Below the pieces are notes generated by a model. That model searched no databases. It had not been told where the DNA came from and saw nothing but the letters and a program-made list of their open reading frames with translations. Shown piece after piece: positions 26,806-35,376 of a stretch of 48,659 nucleotides of DNA (its first letter is position 1; every line of letters starts with the position of its first letter). Location: assembly GCA_023142835.1 (NCBI GenBank), contig JAGLIS010000023.1, positions 1 through 48,659 of the forward strand, written 5' to 3'. Both the position numbers and the translations under genes were made by a program. The stretch comes from Candidatus Pacearchaeota archaeon (lineage in GTDB: Archaea > Nanobdellota > Nanobdellia > Pacearchaeales > GW2011-AR1).

Positions 26806-28457
26806 CAATACTAACATTAGATAAAAAAGAATTGGAAAAGAAAGTTGGGAAGATTACGAAGGAGTTGGAAGAGAAGATTACTAAGATGGGAACTCCGATT
26901 GAAGAAGTTAGTGATGATGAATTATCTGTTGAGGTTTTTCCGAATAGGCCTGATTTGTTGTCTCTTGGAAATTTTTCTAAGGCTATTAATCAATTTAATG
27001 GTGTTGGTAAGATTGCGAACTTTAAAATTAATAAGCCAGAGAAAGATTATGTTGTGACTATCGATAGTTCTGTGAAGGCTGTTAGACCGTATACTGTTTG
27101 TGCAATTGCTAAGGGGTTGAAGTTTACTGAAGAGAAGATTAAGGAAATAATTGATGTTCAAGAGAAGTTGCATAATTCGATTGGGCGAAAGAGGAAAAAG
27201 TTAGCGATTGGAATTTATCCTCTAGATAAGATTGCGTTGCCTATTAGGTTTGTAGCGAGGAAGCCTGGAGATATAAAGTTTTTACCTTTGGAGGCTAGTC
27301 AGGAAATGACTGGGACGCAGATTCTTCGAGGACATCCTACGGGGAGGGAGTATGCACATTTGCTCGAGGGTGCAGAAGTTTTTCCTATTTTTATTGATGC
27401 TAGTGATAAGATTTTGAGTATGCCTCCGATTATTAATTCTCATGAGACTGGGAGGATTGATGAGAAGACGCATGAAGTTTTTATTGAATGTTCGGGACAT
27501 AATTTGGCTTATTTAAAAAAGTGTATGAATATTATTATTGCAACAATTTCTGAGATGGGTGGGAAGATTTACGAGATGAATATTAAGGATTCGAAGGAGG
27601 GGAATTTTGTTTCACCTAATATGTCTTGTGAGGAATTGGAATTTAAAATTTTAGATATTGAAAAGACGCTTGGGATAAAGTTGAGTGAGAAGGAAGTAAA
27701 AAATTATTTGGGTCGGATGGGTATTGGTTGTGAGAATAGGAAGGGGAAATCGGTTGCATTAATTCCTGCTTATCGAACAGATATTTTGCATTGGATTGAT
27801 TTGACTGAGGAGATTGCGATTGCTCATGGTTATGAAAATTTTGAACCGGAGATTCCTAATATTTCAACGATTGCGTTTGAAGATCCTGTTGGGAAGACGA
27901 AGAGGGTCATAGGTAATATTCTTGCAGGGTTGGGATTTTTGGAGACGTCTTCGTTTCATTTGACGACGAAGAAAGATATTAAGAAGATGCATTTTGATTA
28001 TAATGATTTTATTGAGGTGGAGGATTCGAAGACGGGGAGGGATGTTCTTAGGATGGATGTACTGACGAATCTTTTGAAGATTTTGTCGGAGAATTCAGAT
28101 GCAGGATATCCTCAGAAAATTTTTGAGATGGGGACGGTTTTCTCTAGGAGTGATTTAGAAAATTCTGCAACTGGAGTGGATGAGATTGAGAGATTAGCTA
28201 TTGCGTTTATTGATGAGAAGCCTAACTTTATGGAATTAAAGCAGGCGGTTGATTATTTATTTAAGATGCTTGGGAAGGAGTATACTTTGGAAAATGTTGA
28301 GAATTCAAATTATATTATTGGACGGTGTGGGAAGGTTATTGTTGAGGGGAAAGATGTTGGTTTTATTGGCGAGGTTGCTCCAAGGGTTTTGAAGAATTGG
28401 AAACTTAAAATGCCTGCAACTGCGATAGAAATTGATTGGGGGTTTTTGTTTCAATAA
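26802..28457 (+). CDS. pheT: Phenylalanine--tRNA ligase beta subunit
   Basis: PNRPDLLS, QEKLH..GRKRKK.AIG, SMPPIINS, YRTDILH..D..EEIAIAHGY. Confidence 0.98.
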   Translation: MTILTLDKKELEKKVGKITKELEEKITKMGTPIEEVSDDELSVEVFPNRPDLLSLGNFSKAINQFNGVGKIANFKINKPEKDYVVTIDSSVKAVRPYTVCAIAKGLKFTEEKIKEIIDVQEKLHNSIGRKRKKLAIGIYPLDKIALPIRFVARKPGDIKFLPLEASQEMTGTQILRGHPTGREYAHLLEGAEVFPIFIDASDKILSMPPIINSHETGRIDEKTHEVFIECSGHNLAYLKKCMNIIIATISEMGGKIYEMNIKDSKEGNFVSPNMSCEELEFKILDIEKTLGIKLSEKEVKNYLGRMGIGCENRKGKSVALIPAYRTDILHWIDLTEEIAIAHGYENFEPEIPNISTIAFEDPVGKTKRVIGNILAGLGFLETSSFHLTTKKDIKKMHFDYNDFIEVEDSKTGRDVLRMDVLTNLLKILSENSDAGYPQKIFEMGTVFSRSDLENSATGVDEIERLAIAFIDEKPNFMELKQAVDYLFKMLGKEYTLENVENSNYIIGRCGKVIVEGKDVGFIGEVAPRVLKNWKLKMPATAIEIDWGFLFQ

Positions 28458-28487
28458 ACTTATAAACTTCTTAGCTTGATTAAGTAA

Positions 28488-29099
28488 ATGAGGGTGTCGT
28501 ATATTATCTCGGGGATAGTGATTATTTTGATGATTTTGGTTGGAGTTCTTTTTGTTTTTGGAGATGAGGTTTTACGAACAGCAGATAGTATAATGTCTCC
28601 AGAGGATAGCTCCAACCAAGAAAATATTGTGGAAGCTGAGGAGGGTGAAGGAATGGAAGAGACTGGTGGAGCTAAGGGAGTTGAAGGTTCGGATGTTGGA
28701 GAGAATGATTTTGAAGGTTCGGATGTTGGAGAGAATGATTTTGAAGAAGTAGGAGGGTCTAATTGTAAGATGCAGCAAATTCAATATTCTTTGAGGAATT
28801 TTAAGACTGATGTGGCGTGTACGGATACTGATGCTAATGGATGTATTAGGGTTGTTGTAAGTTGTTCTGTAGAGGTTTACAGCTTTGATAAAGAGGTTGA
28901 TATTTTTGGAATGAGATATTCCTTGGTCGATTCCGAAGATAATGAGTTAGATTTTGAGTTGATTGAAAAAGAAGTTGGATTCGAGACACCAGTTGTTTTT
29001 TCGATAGAGTTTATTAGGAGTGATATCTCGGGTGTCGATGAGGATTTGACTTGTCCGTTTACTGTGGAAACAGTTCCTCGAAGAGAAGTTTGTAGTTAG
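28488..29099 (+). CDS. Membrane-anchored acidic protein
   Basis: N-terminal TM segment, E/G/D-rich linker, Cys-containing C-terminal domain. Confidence 0.75.
   Translation: MRVSYIISGIVIILMILVGVLFVFGDEVLRTADSIMSPEDSSNQENIVEAEEGEGMEETGGAKGVEGSDVGENDFEGSDVGENDFEEVGGSNCKMQQIQYSLRNFKTDVACTDTDANGCIRVVVSCSVEVYSFDKEVDIFGMRYSLVDSEDNELDFELIEKEVGFETPVVFSIEFIRSDISGVDEDLTCPFTVETVPRREVCS
28681..28746 (+). repeat. In-frame 30-nt tandem duplication (EGSDVGENDF x2)
   Basis: ttgaaggttcggatgttggagagaatgatt repeated exactly twice, plus ttgaag. Confidence 0.95.
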
Positions 29100-29104
29100 A
29101 TGTG

Positions 29105-29584
29105 TTATCCGAAATAGCCTCGTTCTCGTGGACTAATATCTTCTTCGATATTCTCTTCGAATTTTTCGATAATTCTATTAATTATTTCCTTTAAATTTTG
29201 CCATTCATTAAAAGCGATATTGATGAATTCTGCTTCGGATTGTTCAGAATAAATTGTATCTAATTTTATAGCATTAATTTGTAATTTTGAAAGTTTTTGG
29301 TAAACATCTTTAATTTTTCTCTTGGTATCTTCGTCTATTTTTCTTAATGCAGAAAATATGAACATGGGGGTTGTTGTTGGATTGATAAGGGTTTCAAATA
29401 AATGCATGTAGGCGGACAGTTTTTCGTTGATTGTTCTCCTGACTTCTCTAACTAAGAATGTAGGTTCTTTTTCTATTGTTTTTTCTATGTCGAAATCTTC
29501 TAATAGCTTATTAAACTCGGGTAATGCGTATTTCTGTTTTGGTTTGTCGTAAGCTGTTGTGAGGTTAAAATCTTCATCTTCCAT
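29105..29584 (-). CDS. Hypothetical helical protein
   Basis: 159 aa, KYALPEF.KL.EDFDI...YFG C-terminus; TATA upstream. Confidence 0.8.
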   Translation of the reverse strand: MEDEDFNLTTAYDKPKQKYALPEFNKLLEDFDIEKTIEKEPTFLVREVRRTINEKLSAYMHLFETLINPTTTPMFIFSALRKIDEDTKRKIKDVYQKLSKLQINAIKLDTIYSEQSEAEFINIAFNEWQNLKEIINRIIEKFEENIEEDISPRERGYFG

Positions 29585-29676
29585 GATTAGTTCATCAAGA
29601 AAGCATTTATAAATTTAAGGGATGGGGGATTATAATACCCTACCTAATCTATCTTGAATTGGGCGGGGCATGCTAT

Positions 29677-29772
29677 GCCTGATTAGCTCAGTTGATAGAG
29701 CGTCGCATTGGTAAAGACTCTTTGAGAAATCCAAAAATGCGGAGGTCGTGGGTTTGATCCCCATGTCAGGCT
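29677..29772 (+). tRNA. trnT: tRNA-Thr(GGT) with a 23-nt BHB intron (29714-29736)
   Basis: GCCTGAT/GTCAGGC acceptor; TCGCA/TGCGG anticodon stem; TTGG pairs with intron CCAA, with TAA and AAA bulges giving canonical 37/38 cleavage. Confidence 0.93.
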
Positions 29773-29887
29773 TAATTTATACACTAATTGACTTATAATA
29801 TATTGTTGTTAATTTTAAGGTGTGTTTTTTAGTGTGTTGGATAAATTTAAGATTTATTCGTACAATAATTTAATTCGAAATATATAA

Positions 29888-30379
29888 TTATTTAATTAAA
29901 ATATTTATTAAAATTCCTTGTATTATTGAAGCTATGGCTAATACGCAGTAAAGCACGATTATATATTTCAATGAGAAATAAAAAATCAATAGCGGGAAAA
30001 AGGAGATTACAATTGCTTTGCTATATATGTAAGTTGCGACTAGACCAGGGTTTAGCCCATGGTTTTTTAGTTTTGCGAGAAGAGGATACCAAACAAAAAG
30101 GGGACCTACAGATAACACTCCTGCAAGAACCATAAGCAACCATTTTAGAATTCCTTTTTTTGTTGAAAACTTTGTTACTCTTTCTGGAGTTATAAAATAA
30201 TTACTAATTGTAATTAATATAAAAACTAATACGAATGCTGGAATTATTTTTAGTAACAAATCTAGAAATGTACTTGAGGCAGAAAAAAATAATTTTTGAT
30301 TGAAAACTAGCAAAGAAAGGTAGAGTGCAAACACGACTAGAAGAAAATAGCGTTGATTGGATTTATTTTTATTTTTCAT
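29888..30379 (-). CDS. Small permease (DUF318/ArsP-like half)
   Basis: Multiple TM segments; AGVLSVGPLFVWYPLL..LK..G. Confidence 0.8.
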   Translation of the reverse strand: MKNKNKSNQRYFLLVVFALYLSLLVFNQKLFFSASSTFLDLLLKIIPAFVLVFILITISNYFITPERVTKFSTKKGILKWLLMVLAGVLSVGPLFVWYPLLAKLKNHGLNPGLVATYIYSKAIVISFFPLLIFYFSLKYIIVLYCVLAIASIIQGILINILIK

Positions 30380-30804
30380 ATTAGATTAAGTATGGTGATT
30401 GTTATTATCGCGACTATAATTGAAAATACGAACGAGAGAATATTCCTTATTATCGCAAATTTTTTCCCAAAAAAGTGAGTTTCTAATGGCAAGGTTAAAA
30501 CTCCTACACTAATAAATGAAACCATAAAAGCAGTTATAGCAACTAGGCTTACTCCCTCAGAAAGCATTTCTCCCCCTAAAATATAACTTATTGCAGGTCC
30601 TCCTATAGAGATGCTTCCCGCAATACTGCCAATCAGAGGGTCTAAAAGAATATTATCTTTGAAAATATTTGCATAAAATTCCTTAGACAAAAATTGAGTT
30701 AGGATACTAATAAGCATAATCATTCCTATAAGAATTGGAAAAATTCTTGCTATACTTTTTGCAGAACTTGAGGCATGTTGTTTTAGCGTTTTCTTTTTTA
30801 TCAC
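30376..30804 (-). CDS. Small permease (DUF318/ArsP-like half)
   Basis: GSIAGSISIGGPAISYILGGEML..GV...A...F...LPLE...FG; overlaps its partner by 4 nt. Confidence 0.8.
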   Translation of the reverse strand: MIKKKTLKQHASSSAKSIARIFPILIGMIMLISILTQFLSKEFYANIFKDNILLDPLIGSIAGSISIGGPAISYILGGEMLSEGVSLVAITAFMVSFISVGVLTLPLETHFFGKKFAIIRNILSFVFSIIVAIITITILNLI

Positions 30805-31000
30805 TTTTCTCTAGACAAGATGAACTATATAAATTTTCTGACAAATTTCTTTTTAATGATTTTCCCAAAAATATTATATTCCCAAACTCAAAAATCGCCA
30901 ATCACTCTTGCTAAATTAAAAATTATTTTTTATATTAACTAAATTAAAATTAGTTATAAAAATTACCAGAAACCATTATAAGAAAATCCCTGTGTCAGGC

Positions 31001-31321
31001 TTATCTTTTTAATTTGTCTTCGTAAGAATTATTAACCTTAATAGCGTTACCTACTAAATTTGTGGTTTCGGTTCCTATGTCCCATAGCTTACTCGTCGTT
31101 TCTCCAATCCATCCGAAGTAGAGGTATGTTGCTTGAACTATGCCTTGTGGAGAGGTTAAATCTACTTGATCTGATGAAAGTATTCCTACCATAGAAAGAT
31201 AAAACAAGAGACCGATTAAAACAATAATGATGCTTTTAATTAGTTGAATGTGGTGATCCATTTTAAAAATTAAGAATCCTAACAAAACTAAGATTCCAAT
31301 TATAATCCATTGAAGGGCCAT
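31001..31321 (-). CDS. Small membrane protein
   Basis: Two TM segments then DLTSPQGIVQATYLYFGW; its stop codon overlaps the tRNA-end repeat. Confidence 0.75.
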   Translation of the reverse strand: MALQWIIIGILVLLGFLIFKMDHHIQLIKSIIIVLIGLLFYLSMVGILSSDQVDLTSPQGIVQATYLYFGWIGETTSKLWDIGTETTNLVGNAIKVNNSYEDKLKR

Positions 31322-31381
31322 GTTTTGTTAAAGAATCTTTATTATAAAAATGTTTTTATATGGATGAAACTTGGAATTGTT

Positions 31382-32041
31382 ATGGGGAGATATAAGATTT
31401 ATTTATTTAGGCATGGACAGACGACGTTTAATCGGGATGGAAGGTTTACTGGGCAGATGGAGGCGAGGCTGACTGTTGAGGGAAGGAGACATGCGGAGAC
31501 TATTGCGAGGAAGCTTAAGGGTGAGAAATTTCAGGTGGCGATTCATACTAGATTGTCTAGGTCGAAGGATACTTTGAAGCCTGTTTTAAAATTCCATCCG
31601 GAATGTAAATTTATTCTTGAAGATGATAGGATGATTGAGAGGAGTTATGGAGAGTTGCAAGGAACAACGCATGAGCAGTTTATTGATAGAATTGGGGAGC
31701 AAAGTTATGACTTGAGAGTTCATGGAGATGCGATTGAAAATCTTGAGCCAAATTTAAGGGAGGGGGTTGAGGAGTTTTTAGGAGAAGAAGAATATAAGGC
31801 AATTCACAGAGGGTATAATGTTGCGACACCTGGCGGGGAATCATTTAAGGATGTTGAGATGAGGGTGAAAGATTTTATTAAGGATTTAAAAAGGTTTATG
31901 AGAAAGAATAAGGTTAATGTTGCGATTTCGGCGCACGGGAATTCGATTAGATTATTTCGGAAGATTATGGAACGAGCACCTAAGAAGAATGTTGTAGGAT
32001 GGTTTATTCCTTATGATAAAGTATTTGAGTATAGAGTTTGA
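31382..32041 (+). CDS. gpmA: Histidine phosphatase, 2,3-BPG-dependent phosphoglycerate mutase-like
   Basis: LFRHGQT.FN...FTG, ERSYGELQG, PGGES..DV..RV, SAHGNSIR. Confidence 0.85.
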   Translation: MGRYKIYLFRHGQTTFNRDGRFTGQMEARLTVEGRRHAETIARKLKGEKFQVAIHTRLSRSKDTLKPVLKFHPECKFILEDDRMIERSYGELQGTTHEQFIDRIGEQSYDLRVHGDAIENLEPNLREGVEEFLGEEEYKAIHRGYNVATPGGESFKDVEMRVKDFIKDLKRFMRKNKVNVAISAHGNSIRLFRKIMERAPKKNVVGWFIPYDKVFEYRV

Positions 32042-32197
32042 TAGGTAGATTTAAAAGTTTTGGAAGTTATACAAATTTAAGGGGTTTGAAAGGTAGATTA
32101 GAAATCTATCATACAAATTTTGTCATACTGAAAAATTTGAAAGTACCTTCGAAGAAGGTTCATAGCAATATTCAAAAAATATTGAAAGGAGGGTTAA

Positions 32198-33115
32198 ATG
32201 AAAAATATAAGTGTATTGTTTTTAGGATTGTTCTTGTTAGTTGGATCTTTAGGATTTGTAGTTGCTGAGGAAGATGATTCTAATGTAGTTGAGATTCCTG
32301 AAGCTAGGGGAGTAGGTTTTTTTGAGGATGTTTTTGATAGGGTAGGGTTTGCTTTTATCTTTAATCGAGAACGAAAAATTGAGCGAGCTTTGGAGTTAGC
32401 TGAGAAAAGATTGGCTGAGGCTGAAGCATTTGCAGAGGAAGATCCTGAGAAAGCTGAGAAAGCTCAAGAGAGATATGGTGGTTTTGTTGCGGAGGCTGAG
32501 GAAATTTTAGAGAAAATTGAGGCGCAGAAATCAAATGATGAGGCTCGTTCGGTAAAGGATATGGAAGAGATGGCGAGGATTCAGAATAGATTTGAGAAGC
32601 ATAGGGAGCAGACAGAAGAAATTCATATTCGTGCTCTTGAGAGATTTAGAAATAACGATGCTAGTGAAGAAAAGATTGAACGGTTTGAAAATTTTTATGA
32701 AAGGGCTTTGAATCGTAGTGATGATATGGAGCAAAAGGTTCTTCAGAAAAAAAAGAATATTATTGAGCAACATAAGGTTTTATCTGGAAAATCTGATGGA
32801 GAACTTAAAGTGATTTTGGAAGAGATTGAATCTAAGGAAGGATTATTAAAATCTCGAGAGGTTAGGCTTGAAAGAGTTGAACAGAGAACTGAAAGAGTTA
32901 TTGTGGTTCATGAATTTGGGCTTGAGAAAGTTCGAACTCGTTTGGAGAATTCTGATTTATCTGATGAACAAAGAGTAAGGGTACAATCAGAACTTGGAAG
33001 ATTGGATCAGAGGTTAGATACTTTTAAGGAAAAATCTGATGAAAGAATTGAATTTGTGAAAGGGAAATTTGATGAAGTGGAAGTCTTTGATATTGCTAGT
33101 AGTGTTACTAATTAA
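32198..33115 (+). CDS. Secreted coiled-coil protein (DUF5667-like N-terminus)
   Basis: Signal peptide, LELAEKRLAEA motif, E/K/R-rich helices, AAGGAGG SD. Confidence 0.75.
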   Translation: MKNISVLFLGLFLLVGSLGFVVAEEDDSNVVEIPEARGVGFFEDVFDRVGFAFIFNRERKIERALELAEKRLAEAEAFAEEDPEKAEKAQERYGGFVAEAEEILEKIEAQKSNDEARSVKDMEEMARIQNRFEKHREQTEEIHIRALERFRNNDASEEKIERFENFYERALNRSDDMEQKVLQKKKNIIEQHKVLSGKSDGELKVILEEIESKEGLLKSREVRLERVEQRTERVIVVHEFGLEKVRTRLENSDLSDEQRVRVQSELGRLDQRLDTFKEKSDERIEFVKGKFDEVEVFDIASSVTN

Positions 33116-33141
33116 TTTTATAGAACAAATTATTTTTATTT

Positions 33142-33165
33142 AGCCCTTAAGGGCTTTATTTTTAT
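33142..33165 (+). terminator. Palindrome with T-rich tail
   Basis: AGCCCTTAAGGGCT followed by ttattttatt, 27 nt after the stop codon. Confidence 0.5.
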
Positions 33166-33288
33166 TGAATTAGTAAGTATGCAAGGTGTAATATTGAGAG
33201 TGTTTGATATTTAGTGAAATACAAAAGCTTTTAATAAAGTGAATCTTCTTATTTGAGAAAGAGAGGTGTTTTTGGAAACAAAAAGAAA

Positions 33289-34194
33289 ATGGTGAAATTT
33301 AATGTGGTTAGTTTTGGGAGTGCTGTCGTCGACGCTTTTGTAGATACTGAGTTTAATGAGAAGAGTAATTCGTTTAGTTATCCTGCTGGTTCTAAAATTC
33401 TCGTCGACGATTTGAAGTTTGATATTGGTGGCGGGGCAACAAATGTGGCGGTTGCTTTTGCTCGTTTGGGATTGGAGACTGGCTGTGTTTGTAAGATTGG
33501 CGACGATAATAATGGGCAGGATGTTTTGAATATGTTAAAGGAGGAAAACGTTAAGTTTCTTGGATCGAAGACGAAAGGTAAAACGGGATATTCGATAATT
33601 CTCGATAGTAAGGATAGGAGTAGAACTATTTTGACTTTTAAGGGTCCTGGAAATGATATAGAATTAAGTGAGGTTCCGAAATTTAAAACTGACTGGCTTT
33701 ATTTTTCTTCGGTGCTTGGGGAGAGTCTTAGGACGCAGGAGAAACTTGCGAGGAAGTTGAAAAAAGAAGGGACGAGGTTGGCGTTTAACCCAGGGGAATA
33801 TTTGATTAAGAGAGAGGATTTGATGTCGATTTTAAAGTTGTGTGATGTTTTGATTTTGAATAAACAAGAAGCTGAAATGCTCTGTAAGAAATATAAGAAG
33901 AAAGGGAATTTGATGGTTTGTCTTCAGGAATTGGGACCAAGGATTATTGTTATAACTGATAAGAATAAATTGATAAGTTGTAGCGACGAGGATAAGAATT
34001 ATTTTTTGAAGCCTAATAAGATTAAGGTTGTTGAGAGAACTGGGGCAGGGGATGCGTTTGCTTCGGGATTTGTTGCGGGAGTTATTGCAGGGAAGACGAT
34101 TCCTGAAAGTTTGAAATTGGGTTTGAGGGAGAGTGAGTCTGTGATTAGATATTTTGGAGCTAAGAATAAATTGTTGAGGATGAAATTAAAATGA
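33289..34194 (+). CDS. PfkB-family carbohydrate kinase (candidate phosphofructokinase)
   Basis: GGGATNVAVAFARLG and ERTGAGDAFASG signatures; ATG at 33289 (alternative TTG at 33253). Confidence 0.92.
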   Translation: MVKFNVVSFGSAVVDAFVDTEFNEKSNSFSYPAGSKILVDDLKFDIGGGATNVAVAFARLGLETGCVCKIGDDNNGQDVLNMLKEENVKFLGSKTKGKTGYSIILDSKDRSRTILTFKGPGNDIELSEVPKFKTDWLYFSSVLGESLRTQEKLARKLKKEGTRLAFNPGEYLIKREDLMSILKLCDVLILNKQEAEMLCKKYKKKGNLMVCLQELGPRIIVITDKNKLISCSDEDKNYFLKPNKIKVVERTGAGDAFASGFVAGVIAGKTIPESLKLGLRESESVIRYFGAKNKLLRMKLK

Positions 34195-34946
34195 TTAAGT
34201 TGAATAAGATAGTTAGAAAAGGTAAGGCATTGTTTTTAGCCTATGACCAAGGGTTGGAACATGGGCCAACAGATTTTAATGATAAGAATGTTGATCCAGA
34301 GTTTATTATAAAAATTGCTAAGAAAGGAAAGTATACTGGAATTATTTTTCAAAAGGGGATAGCAGAAAAATATAGTCGAGAGATAAAGTTAAGCAAGATT
34401 CCTTTGATAGTTAAGCTCAATGGGAAAACTAATTTGGTTATGGGTGAGCCTGTTTCTAGGCAATTGTGTACTGTCGGTGAGGCAATTAAATTGGGTGCGG
34501 TTGCAGTTGGTTATACGATTTATATTGGGAGTAAGCATGAGGATGAAATGTTGTCGGAGTTTGAAAGTATACAAAGAGAGGCGCATAAGAATGGTTTGCC
34601 AGTTATTTGTTGGATTTACCCTCGAGGAAAAGGAGTTTCTGGTAGAAAGAAAAAAGATTTGATGGCTTATGCTGCACGGGTTGGGCTTGAGATTGGTACA
34701 GATATTATTAAGATTCAATCTAATGGTAAGAAAGAGGATTTAGCTTGGGCTGTTAAAAGTGCTGGAAAAACTCGGGTTGTTATTGCAGGTGGGAAAATGA
34801 AAGATGAAAAGGATTTAATTAAGGAGGTAAGGGAATCGATGAATGTTGGATGTATTGGTTTTGCTATTGGTAGAAATGTTTGGCAGAGTAAGAACCCTTT
34901 GAAAATTTCTAATAAAATAAGGGAGGTTATTTGGAAAAATGATTGA
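34191..34946 (+). CDS. fba: Class I fructose-bisphosphate aldolase (archaeal/DhnA type)
   Basis: LAYDQGLEHGP, VKLNGKT, AVGYTIYIGS, WIYPRG, Schiff-base Lys in DIIKI, GRNVWQ. Confidence 0.95.
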   Translation: MIKLNKIVRKGKALFLAYDQGLEHGPTDFNDKNVDPEFIIKIAKKGKYTGIIFQKGIAEKYSREIKLSKIPLIVKLNGKTNLVMGEPVSRQLCTVGEAIKLGAVAVGYTIYIGSKHEDEMLSEFESIQREAHKNGLPVICWIYPRGKGVSGRKKKDLMAYAARVGLEIGTDIIKIQSNGKKEDLAWAVKSAGKTRVVIAGGKMKDEKDLIKEVRESMNVGCIGFAIGRNVWQSKNPLKISNKIREVIWKND

Positions 34947-35376
34947 AGTAGATTATAAGAATTTGAAGAGGTTATGTGATAAGAAGATAGTCAGGAAGTA
35001 TGCTGATATGAAGGAGAGGTTCTTGTTGGAAGTTAAGGGGAATCCTTTACTTTATACTGTTTATATTAAGGATTTTGAAACTTTTGAAACTGGCTTAACG
35101 GTTATAGAATCTGGGAAAATTGGAAAGGAGTATTTTATGACTAAAGGACATAGACACAAAAAACCTATAGAAGAAGTTTATATGCTTATCGAGGGGAAAG
35201 GAGAACTTTTGATTAAGGAAAAAAATAAGATTAGAAAAATAAATATGAAGAAAGGTAAGGTTTATTTTATTCCTGGAAAGTCTGGACATAGGCTTATTAA
35301 TACTGGAAAGAATCGTTTAGAAGTTTTTACAATTTATAGCAAAAATGGGGGGTATGATTATGGTTTCGAATTCTAA
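34939..35376 (+). CDS. pgi: Cupin-type glucose-6-phosphate isomerase
   Basis: EYFMTKGHRH...EEVY...G.G...HRLINTG...GYDYG. Confidence 0.88.
   Translation: MIEVDYKNLKRLCDKKIVRKYADMKERFLLEVKGNPLLYTVYIKDFETFETGLTVIESGKIGKEYFMTKGHRHKKPIEEVYMLIEGKGELLIKEKNKIRKINMKKGKVYFIPGKSGHRLINTGKNRLEVFTIYSKNGGYDYGFEF

Larger units (their letters stand above)
24025..26834 (+). repeat. Family of pheS-tail / pheT-head junction repeats delimiting six inserted genes
   Basis: pheS-tail copies at 24420-24440, 25196-25216 and 26419-26434 (partial); pheT-head copies at 24787-24799, 25163-25186 and 25779-25811. Confidence 0.9.
29757..31003. mobile_element. About 1.2-kb tRNA-Thr-anchored mini-island with no integrase
   Basis: Direct repeats atccccatgtcaggctta (29757-29774) and atccctgtgtcaggctta (30986-31003), 16/18 identical, enclosing two permease genes. 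Confidence 0.7.

Noticed and set aside
24025..26834. Junction repeats as a CRISPR array or integron attC sites
   Set aside because: Spacing is gene-sized and irregular, the repeats are copies of coding ends, no RYYYAAC/GTTRRRY palindromic attC structure is evident, and no cas or intI gene is present.
28681..28746. 30-nt tandem repeat as a functional array
   Set aside because: Simple in-frame slippage duplication in a low-complexity linker.
32038..32268. 76-aa ORF and short aggtagatt...atacaaattt repeat upstream of the DUF5667-like gene
   Set aside because: TTG start, overlaps the true gene, and the region reads as duplicated promoter sequence rather than coding.
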